Source: an uncultured Arcobacter sp.
GTDB lineage: Bacteria; Campylobacterota; Campylobacteria; Campylobacterales; Arcobacteraceae
Direction: 5' to 3'
Assembly (NCBI GenBank): GCA_965140705.1
Contig: OZ223302.1
Coordinates: 448,001 to 512,000 of the forward strand
DNA: 64,000 nucleotides
Made by a program: the position numbers and the translations under genes. The notes below the pieces were generated by a model, which worked only from the letters and a program-made list of their open reading frames with translations, was not told the DNA's origin and searched no databases. Below, one piece after another: positions 1 to 11,068 of this stretch; within the stretch, counting starts at the first letter, position 1; every line of letters begins with the position of its first letter.

Positions 1-365
1 GCATTAGAATCATTTTGATTAAAAAAGAAGTATATTAAAGCAGGACAAAGCATCCCTCCAAGAGCAGCAAAAGCTGGCAGGGATACTTTTGACCAAGAGG
101 ATAGATGCCCTTGTAACAGTTCTCTTTTTATTTCTAAACCTACAACTAAAAAGAATAAAGCCATCAAACCATCATTTATCCATAAATAAAGTGGTTTATC
201 TATGACTAAATCATTGACAGCAACATGAATAGGAATATGTAGAAAACTGTAGTAATATTCAGAAAGAAAAGAGTTTCTTAAAACCAAGGCAAAGATAGTT
301 ACAAAGATAAGAATAATTCCCGATGATGTTTCACTCTTCATAAAATTATTGATTAAAATCTTCAT
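1..365 (-). CDS. nhaA: Na+/H+ antiporter NhaA (N-terminal part; runs off window start)
   Basis: Manual translation from ATG at 365: MKILINNFMKSETSSGIILI...LWINDGLMALFFLVVGLEIKRE...AALGGMLVPALIY (NhaA signature motifs); AAAGGA RBS upstream. Confidence 0.93.
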   Translation of the reverse strand, partial: MKILINNFMKSETSSGIILIFVTIFALVLRNSFLSEYYYSFLHIPIHVAVNDLVIDKPLYLWINDGLMALFFLVVGLEIKRELLQGHLSSWSKVSLPAFAALGGMLCPALIYFFFNQNDSN

Positions 366-380
366 AACTATTCCTTTAAA

Positions 381-1691
381 CTATTTAACTATTTTCCTTA
401 ATTGGTAAGTTATATCTCCAGCACCAACACCTACAACTATGCCTTCATTATATGTTTTTAAAACTTTATTATCTTTTATAATATCAATTGCACAATTTTT
501 TGCAAGTATTTTATCAGCAAAGATTGGATTATACTGCTTAAATGTTTCAACAAAATCTATCTCTAAAACATGTTCTCCAGGAATAGTCCAAATTGGTAAT
601 ATTACTAATTCATCGCATCCTTTAAAACATCTTTTAAAACCTTCAAGGTTATCAAAAGTTCTGCTATATTTGTGTGGTTGCCAGATGATTACTCTTTTTT
701 TAAGATTTTTAAGATTATCATAAAGCTCAACTGATTTTATAGTAGCTTCTATTTCTGTTGGATGATGTGCATAATCATCTATTAAAACAAATTTTTCACA
801 CTTTTGCAAAATATCAAATCTTTTTTTAATTCCCTTATAGTTTTTAAGATTTGTTCTTATTTGTTCAACATCAAGCTCATTTAAAGCAGCTAATACAGCT
901 AAAGAAGTATTAACAGCAATATGATAACCAAAGCCCCAAACTTCAAAATATCCTAAATCTTTTAGCTCAAATTTTGTATAAGGTTCATCATCTTGTAAAA
1001 TATAAGAAATATTTTTTATATCAACACTTGGATAAAGTTCAGTTGCATCCTCTATGCCAAGTTTTTTAATATATTCATCTTCTGCATTTATAACTTTTTT
1101 TGTTCCAAGATTTATGAACTTTTTGTATGTATCAAAAAATTTCTCATAATCATAATTATAATATTCCATATGCTCTGGTTCAGCATTTGTAACAATTGAA
1201 CAATAAGGATTTGAAAGTATAAAACTAGCATCACTCTCATCAGCTTCAAAGGCTACTATTCCATTTTTATATCTAAAGTTTGAACCAAAATCTTTTGATA
1301 TTGCTCCAATTATTGCTGTACAATCTAAAATAGAAGCTAAAATAGATGTGGTAGTTGACTTTCCATGAGCTCCTGCTACACAATAATTTTTTCTATCTCC
1401 AAGAACTATTGGCAAAGCCTCTTTTCTTGATAATGTTCTTATTTGTCTAATTCTTGATTCTATTAATTCAGGATTTTCATCAGTTACTGCTGCTGAATAT
1501 ATTACTATCTCTGGATCTTTTATATTTGAAGCACTTTGAGGAGAATAAACTTTTACTCCTTCAGCCTTTAATTCATCTGTAATTGGTGTTTCTTTCATGT
1601 CTGAACCACTAACTTCATGACCACTATGTTTTAAAAATCTTGCTAAGGCAGAAAGACCTATTCCACCAATTCCTATAAAATGTATTTTCAT
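381..1691 (-). CDS. murC: UDP-N-acetylmuramate--L-alanine ligase
   Basis: IHFIGIGGIGLS, GAHGKSTT, EADESD, DDYAHHPTEI motifs. Confidence 0.97.
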   Translation of the reverse strand: MKIHFIGIGGIGLSALARFLKHSGHEVSGSDMKETPITDELKAEGVKVYSPQSASNIKDPEIVIYSAAVTDENPELIESRIRQIRTLSRKEALPIVLGDRKNYCVAGAHGKSTTTSILASILDCTAIIGAISKDFGSNFRYKNGIVAFEADESDASFILSNPYCSIVTNAEPEHMEYYNYDYEKFFDTYKKFINLGTKKVINAEDEYIKKLGIEDATELYPSVDIKNISYILQDDEPYTKFELKDLGYFEVWGFGYHIAVNTSLAVLAALNELDVEQIRTNLKNYKGIKKRFDILQKCEKFVLIDDYAHHPTEIEATIKSVELYDNLKNLKKRVIIWQPHKYSRTFDNLEGFKRCFKGCDELVILPIWTIPGEHVLEIDFVETFKQYNPIFADKILAKNCAIDIIKDNKVLKTYNEGIVVGVGAGDITYQLRKIVK

Positions 1692-1692
1692 C

Positions 1693-2271
1693 TTAAGCCA
1701 ATAAATATTTTAAATTTTCATATTCTGTATCTAGAACCGCACTATTTTCTTCTAAAAACTCTTTTGTTTTAAAATTAAATGAAACAATAAAATAACCATA
1801 CTTTTCATCTACAGCAGTTGTTGAATTATTTACATTTTCTTCATAAAACTTATCCAAATCAAAATCTTTTGAACAAGCAATTAAGTGCACATTTAAAGCG
1901 TTACATAAAAGTTCATCTTCTATAATATTTGATAAAACAAAAAATAACTCTTTTGCACCCTTTAAATCATTATAGCTCCATTTTTCAATAGCATGCTCAT
2001 AAAATGCTCTAGTGTAATAAAGTCCATCACTTTCTAAAGTTATTTTTTTGCCACTATTTACTATATCTTCTACATTTTCAAAAGAGATTTTTAAAATATT
2101 TTCATAAACAGTATTTATCTTTTCCTCATCTAAATCCAAAATTAATAAAGAATCTAAAACTTCATAAAGTGCAGAGATATTTTTGCTCTGTATTGCATCC
2201 TCTTTTGTTTTTTCCAAATAGTTTAAGAACTCTGGGTTCGTTCTAGCTTCGTGCAACTCTTCATTAGTCAT
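1693..2271 (-). CDS. hypothetical protein (acidic, helical)
   Basis: 192 aa ORF overlapping dapC stop and 1 bp from murC start; no recognised motif. Confidence 0.8.
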   Translation of the reverse strand: MTNEELHEARTNPEFLNYLEKTKEDAIQSKNISALYEVLDSLLILDLDEEKINTVYENILKISFENVEDIVNSGKKITLESDGLYYTRAFYEHAIEKWSYNDLKGAKELFFVLSNIIEDELLCNALNVHLIACSKDFDLDKFYEENVNNSTTAVDEKYGYFIVSFNFKTKEFLEENSAVLDTEYENLKYLLA

Positions 2272-3394
2272 TCATAAAATCCTTCAATCTGTTTAATACC
2301 TCTTTTGTTTTTTGTTCATTTTCAACTAAGGCAATTCTTACATAACCTTGTCCTATCCCTTCTCTTCCTAAGAAACTTCCAGGTAATACTTTTATATTTT
2401 TTTCTTTATATAATCTTTTAGTAAATTCCAATTCATCACCAACTTTTAGCCAAATATAAAAAGTCGCTTGTGGCATATCAAGTCCCAAAATCTCATGTGC
2501 CAATTCAAAATTCTTTTTATAAGTATCCCTAAAAACTTGCACATGTTCTTGCTCACTCCAAGCAGTTGCAGCTGCATATTGTAAAGGAATAGGTGCGGCA
2601 CACCCTATATATGTTCTATATTTCATATAATCTTTTAAAATCTCTGCATCACCTGCAATAAATCCACTTCTTAGACCTGGGGCACTACTTCTTTTTGAAA
2701 TAGAGTTAAGAACAAGTACATTTTTAAACTCACTATTTCCTGCATAAATACTTGCTTCTAAAAGTGAGCAGGGTTTGTTTTTTTCATCAAAATATATTTC
2801 AGAATAACACTCATCATTTATCAAAACAAAATCAAACTCTAAAGCTTTTTTAACCCATAAAGATAGTTCTTCTTTACTCATATTTGCAGCTGTTGGATTA
2901 TTTGGATAATTTAATACGACTAAATCACATTTTTTTAGTGTTTCATCATCCAAAATTGCTTTATAATCATTCTCTTTTGTTAAATTTATATGAACAACTT
3001 CTGCCCTACTTGCAATTGCAGCACCTTCATATATTTGATAAAAAGGATTTGTAAAAGCAATTGTTGGATTAGCTTTATCAAACAAATAAAACTGAGGGAA
3101 GTTAAATAAAACTTCCCTTGTACCAAAACAAGGAATAATTTGATTTTGTTCTAATCTTACATCAAATCTTTTATTTACAAACTCAATCATTGATTCAGTT
3201 AAAAAGTTCTCACCTGCAGTTTTAGGATAATTTCTTAAAAATTTAGTATGATTAGCTAAACTGTCTTGGATAAATTGTGGTGTTTCAAACTGAGGTTCAC
3301 CAATAGTTAAAGCACTTGCTTCGTATGAGCTATTTGGCTCAATTCCATCTAATAATTCATTTAATTTCTCAAAAGGATATTTTTCAAATACCAT
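2264..3394 (-). CDS. dapC: succinyldiaminopimelate transaminase (PLP class I/II aminotransferase)
   Basis: YPFEKL N-terminus, LTIGEP, NYPNNPT, DECYSEIY, SISKRSSAPGLRSGF. Confidence 0.9.
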   Translation of the reverse strand: MVFEKYPFEKLNELLDGIEPNSSYEASALTIGEPQFETPQFIQDSLANHTKFLRNYPKTAGENFLTESMIEFVNKRFDVRLEQNQIIPCFGTREVLFNFPQFYLFDKANPTIAFTNPFYQIYEGAAIASRAEVVHINLTKENDYKAILDDETLKKCDLVVLNYPNNPTAANMSKEELSLWVKKALEFDFVLINDECYSEIYFDEKNKPCSLLEASIYAGNSEFKNVLVLNSISKRSSAPGLRSGFIAGDAEILKDYMKYRTYIGCAAPIPLQYAAATAWSEQEHVQVFRDTYKKNFELAHEILGLDMPQATFYIWLKVGDELEFTKRLYKEKNIKVLPGSFLGREGIGQGYVRIALVENEQKTKEVLNRLKDFMND

Positions 3395-3415
3395 CTCTTA
3401 CCTTCTTACCTTTAT

Positions 3416-4840
3416 TTAATTTTCTACTACAGGAATTAGTAGTTGATTGTTTTCTTTTATATCAAAAGACAATAAATCAGAATTTGTATAGAAAAGTCTA
3501 TTAAGTTTTCTTCTTAAAAACATATCTTTTTTAAGTGGCAAAATCTGAAGTATATTTTTTTGATTTTTTAACTCTCTTATTGGATTTTTTTCTTTAGAAA
3601 TGATTTCAACTTTTTGTCCAAATATTTTTGCCAAGTTTTCAAAGTGATCTAAGATATAAGATTTATCAGATTGTCCAGTTGGGTCCATATTAAATATTTT
3701 TGTTCTAAGTTTTAATTGACTTGAAACATCAAATATTATTGGAGATATTTGTTCATATGATTTTGTATCATTCAATAAAATTATACTATTTTTTATAGTT
3801 GTTATATCACCTAAACCTGTTTTTAAAATAGGTATTCTAAGATCCACAAGTTTAGAGATTCCCTCTTTGTTTTTAAATAATTCATATGAAATCATCATAA
3901 GACCAATATCAAATGTTTTTAAATCCTTTTTCAATAACGCATCAAAACCAGAGTTTCCATAATCTATTTCAATAATAAGATTGTTAACATCACCTAATTC
4001 ATTTTTAATAAATCCCATTAAATCAACAGTTGTAGGTCTTGTAATTCTTAGTATTAGTTTTTGGTTTTTTATTACTTGATTTAAATATTTTACCTCAACA
4101 ACACATTTTTTAACTGTCTCTATAGTTTGTAAATATAAATCTAAATACAAATACAAATTATGCCCAAATGGCATTGGGAATTGCCCTTGTGTTTTTCCTA
4201 TTGCATTATATACTTGCATTAAAACTTCAGGTTTTCCTATTACCAAAATAACATCATTTGGTTTTAATATAAGAGAAGGTTTGATTTTTATCATTTGTTG
4301 TTTTCTATACAAGCCAAAAATTTTCCACTCTCGCTGTTCGATTGAGCCTATATATCTATATGCATATGAACTACCAAATGGAATTCTAATTTCCATTATT
4401 TCACCTTGCTTTAAACCTATATTTTGAGCAACAACTGGGATATTTGGAAGTCTTTCAACCATTCCATTAGCAAGAACATCTATTCCTTTATAAATATTTA
4501 TATGCTGATCTGATAAATCTATTCCCCAATAATCCAAAATACTCATTTGCATTTTTGGTTTTTCTTCTTTAATATTTTTAATTACATTTAACATTTCATC
4601 TTTTGAATTAAGTGCAATAAGGGCTTGAACATGAATATCTTTATCTAAAACCATTGCTAGTTTTGATTTAGAAGTAGGATCAAATTTAAAAAATGTGAAA
4701 TTTGAAGGTCTTTTTTCAGGAATGATGGCTTCATTCATATAAACAACATCGTATGAGTTATCACCAGTATTTGTCTCGATGACTCTTTGAAGAAGTTTTT
4801 TAGCAACAATACCGTCTAATATAATTAATATCTTTTTCAT
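3416..4840 (-). CDS. TrkA-C (RCK_C) domain-containing protein, COG3400-like
   Basis: GEIMEIRIPFGSSYAYRYIG...LKPNDVILVIG resembles an RCK_C domain; 474 aa. Confidence 0.75.
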   Translation of the reverse strand: MKKILIILDGIVAKKLLQRVIETNTGDNSYDVVYMNEAIIPEKRPSNFTFFKFDPTSKSKLAMVLDKDIHVQALIALNSKDEMLNVIKNIKEEKPKMQMSILDYWGIDLSDQHINIYKGIDVLANGMVERLPNIPVVAQNIGLKQGEIMEIRIPFGSSYAYRYIGSIEQREWKIFGLYRKQQMIKIKPSLILKPNDVILVIGKPEVLMQVYNAIGKTQGQFPMPFGHNLYLYLDLYLQTIETVKKCVVEVKYLNQVIKNQKLILRITRPTTVDLMGFIKNELGDVNNLIIEIDYGNSGFDALLKKDLKTFDIGLMMISYELFKNKEGISKLVDLRIPILKTGLGDITTIKNSIILLNDTKSYEQISPIIFDVSSQLKLRTKIFNMDPTGQSDKSYILDHFENLAKIFGQKVEIISKEKNPIRELKNQKNILQILPLKKDMFLRRKLNRLFYTNSDLLSFDIKENNQLLIPVVEN

Positions 4841-4879
4841 TAAGATATTATATCTAAAACTTCTAAAGATTAATTTTAT

Positions 4880-5758
4880 TTACTTTTTGAGCCTAAAATA
4901 CTCGAGATAGAAATCATTTAAGTTTTTGAGTTTAGGATCATTATTTTTAAAAAAATATACTTTTTTTACATTTGCAAAGGCAAATACTCTTAACTTATCA
5001 TCTTTATTTGCAAAATCTTCATTCATTATCTTTGAAAACGCATAAAAATCATTATTTAAATCTTTTCTAGTGAAACCAATGCCAGTTAAAAAAATCCGTT
5101 TTGATTCTTTTATTATTTCAACTTGTTTTTTTATTTGTGGGTTTATTCTAATCATAGAATCATATAAATCTTTTGTAACAACAGAAATACAATCTTTTTG
5201 AAAAAATACTTTTAATAAATTTTTACTTGCTTTTTGTTCATTTATTAACTTTTTTAAAATAGTTTCTTTATTTATATTATTCTTATATATCAGGTACTCT
5301 AGCCAGATTTTTTGTGATTGGTCATTATAATAAATATTTTTAATATTTTTACTACCAAAATTAGACTCTGCATTTATATTTTTGATTAAATAATATTGAT
5401 CAAATATTTCAGCAGATTGGCTCATTCCCCATACATAATCTTTATATTTATCAATAAGTTTTTTATTTTTATAATAAAATTCTGGATCAATAACTATATT
5501 AGTGACTTTTTTATCTACATAGTCATTTAATAGTTTTTTACCATCTTGATAAAATTTTATTTTAAATTTATGTCCATATTTCTTATCTGTTATCTGTTTT
5601 AGAAAAACTTTTACTGCAATTTCTGCTTTATTTTTATCTTCAAAAATTTTTTTATATAATATTCCTACTATTATGCTTTCATGAGCAACTAGTGTTGTCG
5701 AAAACATAAATAAAAAAAATATTATTATAAATATCTTATGCAAGAATATTTTTCTCAC
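4880..5758 (-). CDS. putative periplasmic substrate-binding protein (PhnD/SsuA-like fold)
   Basis: N-terminal signal peptide; LLKVFF..DCISVVT...NPQIKKQVEII segment resembles binding-protein partners of sensor kinases. Confidence 0.55.
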   Translation of the reverse strand: MRKIFLHKIFIIIFFLFMFSTTLVAHESIIVGILYKKIFEDKNKAEIAVKVFLKQITDKKYGHKFKIKFYQDGKKLLNDYVDKKVTNIVIDPEFYYKNKKLIDKYKDYVWGMSQSAEIFDQYYLIKNINAESNFGSKNIKNIYYNDQSQKIWLEYLIYKNNINKETILKKLINEQKASKNLLKVFFQKDCISVVTKDLYDSMIRINPQIKKQVEIIKESKRIFLTGIGFTRKDLNNDFYAFSKIMNEDFANKDDKLRVFAFANVKKVYFFKNNDPKLKNLNDFYLEYFRLKK

Positions 5759-7253
5759 TTATTGGTAAACTAATAGTAAAAACTGCACCAACTTTACTAT
5801 TTTCAACTTCTAATTTACCATGCATATTCTGTTCTATTATAACTTTTGACATATATAAACCTATTCCTGTTCCTTGACTTTTATGTTTAGTCGTAAAATA
5901 GGGATCAAAAATCTTTTTAATTACATTACTTTTTATCCCCCCAGCATTATCTTCTATTTTTAAGCATACATAATTATCTTTTTCAAAAAAGTAAATTTTT
6001 ATTTTAGGCTCTTTAATTTGATTTAATACAATTGCATCTTTTGCATTAGATAAAATATTTAATAGGGCTTGAGAATATTCATTTGATATTCCATATGCTT
6101 TTTTATCTGTAGTGTAATTTTTTTCTATTTTTATAAAATGAAAATCAAAAGTATCTTTAACTAATTGTAAAGAGTCTTCAACTTTTTGTTTTACATCAAA
6201 ATAATCTTTTTCTTTGTCTTTTTTAAAGAAATTTCTAAAATCATCAATTGTTTTTGATAGATAATTAGATGAGTTAATTATTCCACTAAGTTTTTCTATT
6301 TCAGATTTATTATCATCTGTTATACCAAGTTCTTTAATTAATTTCATTCCACTTGCTGTTGTTGTTATTACAGAAAGAGGTTGTCTCCATTGATGTGCAA
6401 TATTTCCTATCATTTCTCCCATTGCAGCTAGTCTTGATTGTTGAAGCAATAGAGCTTCTCGTCTAAAGCCTTTTTCAATCTCACTTTTTAATTGTTTATT
6501 TGATCTTTTTAATTGTTTGTGGGAAAGTTCTATTTTATGAATCATCTTATTAAAAGAGTTTGCTAATTCTCCAATTTCATCATCACTTTCATAACTACTT
6601 CTAAGTTCGAATTGCCCTTTTGAAATATTCTTTGTAATCTCATTTAAATGAATAATAGGTTCAGAAAATATTTTTGCAATAATATAGGATAAAAATATAG
6701 TTACTAAAAAAATTAATAAAAAAAGCATTATAAAATTTCCATACATGTTTTCTATCAATTTATTATATTTATCCAAAGAGATACTAATATGTAACCAACC
6801 CCAATTTGTATTAGAAAAAACTATTGGATAGACATAATGAAATACCCTTTCTTTTAATATTGGTGAATAAATTATTTTATAATTAGGTACATTTTTCTCT
6901 AACTTTGTATATATATCATCAATCTTATTTTCAGAAGACCAAGCATCTTTTCTTATTACATAATTTCTCTCATTTGTTTTTGAAAATATTATTGATTTTA
7001 TTGTTTCATCTTTTTTCATAAAATTTCTTGAATAATCTAAAATTTTATAACCATCATTTAATATAATTCCATCAGTATTTACATAAACAATTATATTTGC
7101 CATAGAATTAGCTTCTAAACTTAAAGACTTTAAAATCTCTTTTTTTTGACTAAAAAACATATATACATAAAAAATTAAACTAAAAAGCATTATTGTTAAA
7201 AATATTACTTTAAAAATTTTGATTAAAATCTTATTATTTTTAAAAAAATGCAT
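5736..7253 (-). CDS. sensor histidine kinase (2 TM, periplasmic domain, HAMP, HisKA, HATPase)
   Basis: DEIGELANSFNKM HAMP, GEMIGNIAHQWRQPL H-box, DNAGGI, FDPYFTTK, GTGIGLY; start moved to ATG 7253 (GGAAGG RBS). Confidence 0.93.
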   Translation of the reverse strand: MHFFKNNKILIKIFKVIFLTIMLFSLIFYVYMFFSQKKEILKSLSLEANSMANIIVYVNTDGIILNDGYKILDYSRNFMKKDETIKSIIFSKTNERNYVIRKDAWSSENKIDDIYTKLEKNVPNYKIIYSPILKERVFHYVYPIVFSNTNWGWLHISISLDKYNKLIENMYGNFIMLFLLIFLVTIFLSYIIAKIFSEPIIHLNEITKNISKGQFELRSSYESDDEIGELANSFNKMIHKIELSHKQLKRSNKQLKSEIEKGFRREALLLQQSRLAAMGEMIGNIAHQWRQPLSVITTTASGMKLIKELGITDDNKSEIEKLSGIINSSNYLSKTIDDFRNFFKKDKEKDYFDVKQKVEDSLQLVKDTFDFHFIKIEKNYTTDKKAYGISNEYSQALLNILSNAKDAIVLNQIKEPKIKIYFFEKDNYVCLKIEDNAGGIKSNVIKKIFDPYFTTKHKSQGTGIGLYMSKVIIEQNMHGKLEVENSKVGAVFTISLPISEKNILA

Positions 7254-7263
7254 ACCTTCCCTT

Positions 7264-8718
7264 TTATAACTTATTACTAATTTCTTTTCCAACTAATTTA
7301 TCAATTGTAGCTAATGATATTAAATAATTATGAACACTTTTTAAATACTGCGTTTTTACAAATATCTCCATAATCAAAGATTGAACTAAATCACTAGCTT
7401 TTACCATCTCATATTTATAAGCATCAAAATTAGTTTTGCTACTTTCATAAGCTATTTTTGAAGATTCTTTTAAGTTCATTATCTCTTTATAGCCATAAGA
7501 ACTTTTCAAAAACTCATTTTTTAATTGTACAGCTATCATATTTTTTATTAAGTATTTTTGCTCATTTGTGATTTTTTTATCGATTTTACTCTCTATAATT
7601 CTATTTTTTGTTTTAAAACCATTGAATAAAGGTATTTTAACTACAACCCCTAAACTCCATCTATTTTTATTGTCTTGACTCAAATATCCATATTTATATG
7701 AGTTATATGTATGACTTACATTACCAAAAAGATTCACCATTGGATAATCTTCTGATTTTGCTTCTTTGATTTTCTCATCTTTAATTTTCAATGCCAAATT
7801 TATACTATTTATATCAGGATTTAAAGTACTTGCTTCTTCAACTAGTTTTTGTATATTATTTTTTTGTTCTAAGATTTTTGATTTATCATAGATAATTTTA
7901 ATTTTATCATCATATTGTAAACCAACTAAACTTCCAATAGCACTTTCTAACATCTTTTTATTAAGTTCTAATTTTGTTAAACTTGATTTTAATAAAGAGT
8001 TTAATAATCTTATATTTAAATAATCTGTTCTTTTTATTTTTAAATCTGTTCCTTTATCTAAAAATTCTTTTGTTAACTCTTCACTTAGGCTCATATTTTT
8101 ATAAACACTCTTCAGTAACTTATATAGTTCGTCAGTTAATATGTATCCATAAAAATATTGTTTTACATCAAATACAATGTTATTTTCACTTCTAACTATT
8201 GCCTCTTTTTTAACATATTTATTTAGTCTTGCTTGTTCAATTATTGAAGATATTTTACCACCTGTATAAAGTGGATAGTTAAATTCAACTTGACCTCTTA
8301 CAGTATCTCTTCCCTTCGCAACTGTATTAATGTCAGCATTCAAAGTTCCTGTTGAAAAAGAGCTTGCTGGTTGGGCATTAATTGCTGCTTGTGCAGCTGC
8401 TTGATTTGCTGTTGGTAAAGATAAAGTATTTGCCAAAGCAAATAGTTTTGTTGTTTCGGGAGACAGAGTAAATACACCTCTTTGTTCAAAAATGGTATCT
8501 TTATCATCTCTATTTGCATATAGTATTGTATCTATTGTTGGATAGTTTGCACTAAGTGCTTGTTCATATTGGGCTTTTGCAATTTCAAGATTAAATCTTG
8601 AAATTTTATTTAACCCATTATTTTGTAAAGCTAAGTCAATAGCTTGTTGTAAATTTAAAGTAATCTCCTTTGAATAAACACTAGAGATAAAAAGAATACA
8701 TAAAATAATCATTTTCAT
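7264..8718 (-). CDS. TolC family outer-membrane protein
   Basis: Signal peptide, LNLQQAIDLALQNN, YPLYTGG, IPLFNGF OEP repeats. Confidence 0.9.
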   Translation of the reverse strand: MKMIILCILFISSVYSKEITLNLQQAIDLALQNNGLNKISRFNLEIAKAQYEQALSANYPTIDTILYANRDDKDTIFEQRGVFTLSPETTKLFALANTLSLPTANQAAAQAAINAQPASSFSTGTLNADINTVAKGRDTVRGQVEFNYPLYTGGKISSIIEQARLNKYVKKEAIVRSENNIVFDVKQYFYGYILTDELYKLLKSVYKNMSLSEELTKEFLDKGTDLKIKRTDYLNIRLLNSLLKSSLTKLELNKKMLESAIGSLVGLQYDDKIKIIYDKSKILEQKNNIQKLVEEASTLNPDINSINLALKIKDEKIKEAKSEDYPMVNLFGNVSHTYNSYKYGYLSQDNKNRWSLGVVVKIPLFNGFKTKNRIIESKIDKKITNEQKYLIKNMIAVQLKNEFLKSSYGYKEIMNLKESSKIAYESSKTNFDAYKYEMVKASDLVQSLIMEIFVKTQYLKSVHNYLISLATIDKLVGKEISNKL

Positions 8719-8845
8719 AAAATAATAAGCCTTTTTAAAAAGTTATTATTTTAACATAACTATTATTACAATATAAAAACATCGCTAAAATACTTGTTAA
8801 TTTAACTTTAGATATAATCACATTTTTAAAAGGAACATAATTATA

Positions 8846-9976
8846 ATGCAGTTTAATATAGATGGAAAATCTTTTCACAAAACAAGAGCTTGTACAATTA
8901 AAACAGCTCACAGTACAATACAAACACCTGTGTTTATGCCAGTTGGAACCCAAGCTACTGTAAAAGCTTTAGATGCCAATGATATGCTTAGCCTTGGAGC
9001 AAAAATAATATTAGGAAATACTTACCACTTATATTTAAGACCAGGAAGTAAAATAATTAAAAAATTTGGTGGACTTCATGGGTTTTCAAAATTCCCAAAC
9101 TCTTTTTTAACTGATTCTGGTGGTTTTCAAGCTTTCTCATTAGGGGATAATTCAAAACCTGATGAAAATGGAATCATGTTTAAATCACACATTGATGGTA
9201 GTCGTCACTACTTTACACCTGAAAGTGTTCTAGATACTCAATATGAATTGGGTTCAGATATTATGATGATTTTAGATGATTTAGTGGCACTTCCTAATAC
9301 AAAAGAGAGAATCAAAAAATCAATTGAAAGAACTACAGATTGGGCAAAAAAGGCAATAACTTATCATAAATCACAACAAGAAAAAGGTATAGGAGTAGAT
9401 CAAAATATCTTTGCTATTATTCAAGGTGGAACAGACAAAGAGTTTAGAAAATTAAGTGCCCAACAACTTTGTTCATTAACAGACTTTGATGGTTTTGCCA
9501 TAGGAGGATTAAGTGTTGGTGAGCCAAATGTTGATATGTATGAAACAGTTGAGTGGACAACTGATTTTATGCCGCAAGATAAACCTAGATATCTTATGGG
9601 TGTTGGGACACCAGAAGATTTAATAGAAAATATTGAGCGTGGTGTTGATATGTTTGATTGTGTAATGCCCACAAGAAATGCAAGAAATGGTTCATTATTT
9701 ACAACATATGGGAAAATAGCAATTAAAAATGCAAAATTTAAAGAAGACTTTGAGCCAATTGACCCAGCTTGTGAATGTTATACTTGTAAAAACTTTACAA
9801 AAGCATATTTAAACCATCTATTTAAAGTAGGTGAAATCACATACTATAGACTTGCGACTCTACATAATATCCATTACTATTTAACCCTTATGAGAGAAGC
9901 TAGAGAAGCAATTTTAGCTGATAATTGGCTTGAGTTTAAAAAAGAATTTTATAAAAAAAGAGGCGTTGAGATTTAA
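8846..9976 (+). CDS. tgt: tRNA-guanine transglycosylase
   Basis: [46 protein letters not shown]. Confidence 0.98.
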   Translation: MQFNIDGKSFHKTRACTIKTAHSTIQTPVFMPVGTQATVKALDANDMLSLGAKIILGNTYHLYLRPGSKIIKKFGGLHGFSKFPNSFLTDSGGFQAFSLGDNSKPDENGIMFKSHIDGSRHYFTPESVLDTQYELGSDIMMILDDLVALPNTKERIKKSIERTTDWAKKAITYHKSQQEKGIGVDQNIFAIIQGGTDKEFRKLSAQQLCSLTDFDGFAIGGLSVGEPNVDMYETVEWTTDFMPQDKPRYLMGVGTPEDLIENIERGVDMFDCVMPTRNARNGSLFTTYGKIAIKNAKFKEDFEPIDPACECYTCKNFTKAYLNHLFKVGEITYYRLATLHNIHYYLTLMREAREAILADNWLEFKKEFYKKRGVEI

Positions 9977-10080
9977 TCTTATTAACCCCCAACAAAACTC
10001 TTTTTAGATATAATCCAAAAAATTAAAAGTAGACAAATATTTTAGGTCCCTTTAAAAGGGTACCTTTTAAAGGAAAGAAA

Positions 10081-10371
10081 ATGACTATTGATGATAGTAC
10101 AATTGATAAATTAGCAAAGCTTTCTAGTTTGGAAATTGATGAAAGTAAAAGAGAATCACTAAAAAATGAATTGGGTGATATTATTAATTTTGTTGAAAAT
10201 CTAAATGAAATTGATGTTAGCCACATCGATGCTACCTTTACAACTGTTGAAGGTGGAACACCATTTAGGGAAGATATCCCAAAACAAGATTTAGATATGT
10301 CAAAACATATACTTTCTCATGCACCAAAAAGTGAAAATGGATACTTTATAGTTCCAAAAATAATTGAATAA
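10081..10371 (+). CDS. gatC: Asp/Glu-tRNA amidotransferase subunit C
   Basis: KLAKLSSL...REDIP...APKSENGYFIVPKIIE. Confidence 0.95.
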   Translation: MTIDDSTIDKLAKLSSLEIDESKRESLKNELGDIINFVENLNEIDVSHIDATFTTVEGGTPFREDIPKQDLDMSKHILSHAPKSENGYFIVPKIIE

Positions 10372-10380
10372 GGTTTTTTG

Positions 10381-10722
10381 ATGATAACTGTTTATGGAAT
10401 CAAAACTTGTGGAAGTGTACAAAAAGCACTAAAATTTTTCAAAGAGAACAATATAGAAGTGGATTTTTTTGATTTTAAAAAAGAGACACCAAGTGCCCAA
10501 AAGGTAAAAATATGGAGCCAAAAAGCTGATATAAATATACTTTTTAATTCAAAAGGAACAAAATACAAAACTCTACAATTAAAAGAGCTAAACCTAGATG
10601 CCAATGGTAAATATGAATGGTTATGTAAAGAGCCAATGCTTTTTAAAAGACCAGTTATAGAGTTTGATGATAAGCTTATTGTAGCTTTTGATGAAGAAAT
10701 TTATAAAAAGACTTTTTTATAA
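10381..10722 (+). CDS. ArsC/Spx/YffB family protein
   Basis: YGIKTCGSVQKA, PMLFKRPVI. Confidence 0.88.
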   Translation: MITVYGIKTCGSVQKALKFFKENNIEVDFFDFKKETPSAQKVKIWSQKADINILFNSKGTKYKTLQLKELNLDANGKYEWLCKEPMLFKRPVIEFDDKLIVAFDEEIYKKTFL

Positions 10723-10733
10723 GTCTTTTTATA
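10702..10733. terminator. bidirectional intrinsic terminator-like hairpin
   Basis: TATAAAAAGACTT-N6-AAGTCTTTTTATA between convergent genes. Confidence 0.7.
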
Positions 10734-10735
10734 GG

Positions 10736-11068
10736 CTAAGCTAAATAATCATGCTCCACACAAGTCTCACAAGAGATAATATCTTCATACATAACTTTTT
10801 GTAATTTCAAGTCTTTAAACTCTTTTGAAATTATTTCAATAGCTTCATTATTAGCTGAATATATTAAAGATCTACCTTCATTGTTATTTACATAAACAAC
10901 ATCTTTTGTCTGTTCTAAAATATTATTTATGTGTTTCTCCCAATACTCCAAAAGTTCTTTATTATCACCAAGTTCATCATATTTGATATCCCATTGCAAA
11001 CATAAATCAGGTAACAAAGCACAAGTTTTCTTATCAAAAAAGTCTAATGTTATACCCCATAGTTCCAT
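10736..11068 (-). CDS. hypothetical protein
   Basis: 110 aa ORF with AGGAG RBS; C-terminal CxxC. Confidence 0.75.
   Translation of the reverse strand: MELWGITLDFFDKKTCALLPDLCLQWDIKYDELGDNKELLEYWEKHINNILEQTKDVVYVNNNEGRSLIYSANNEAIEIISKEFKDLKLQKVMYEDIISCETCVEHDYLA

Noticed and set aside
5736..7292. Longer ORF-track starts for the kinase (7292); similarly panC (23302), amt2 (42349) and hrcA (55682)
   Set aside because: They overlap upstream genes or regulatory sites, or lack an RBS; downstream starts fit RBS and/or family N-termini better
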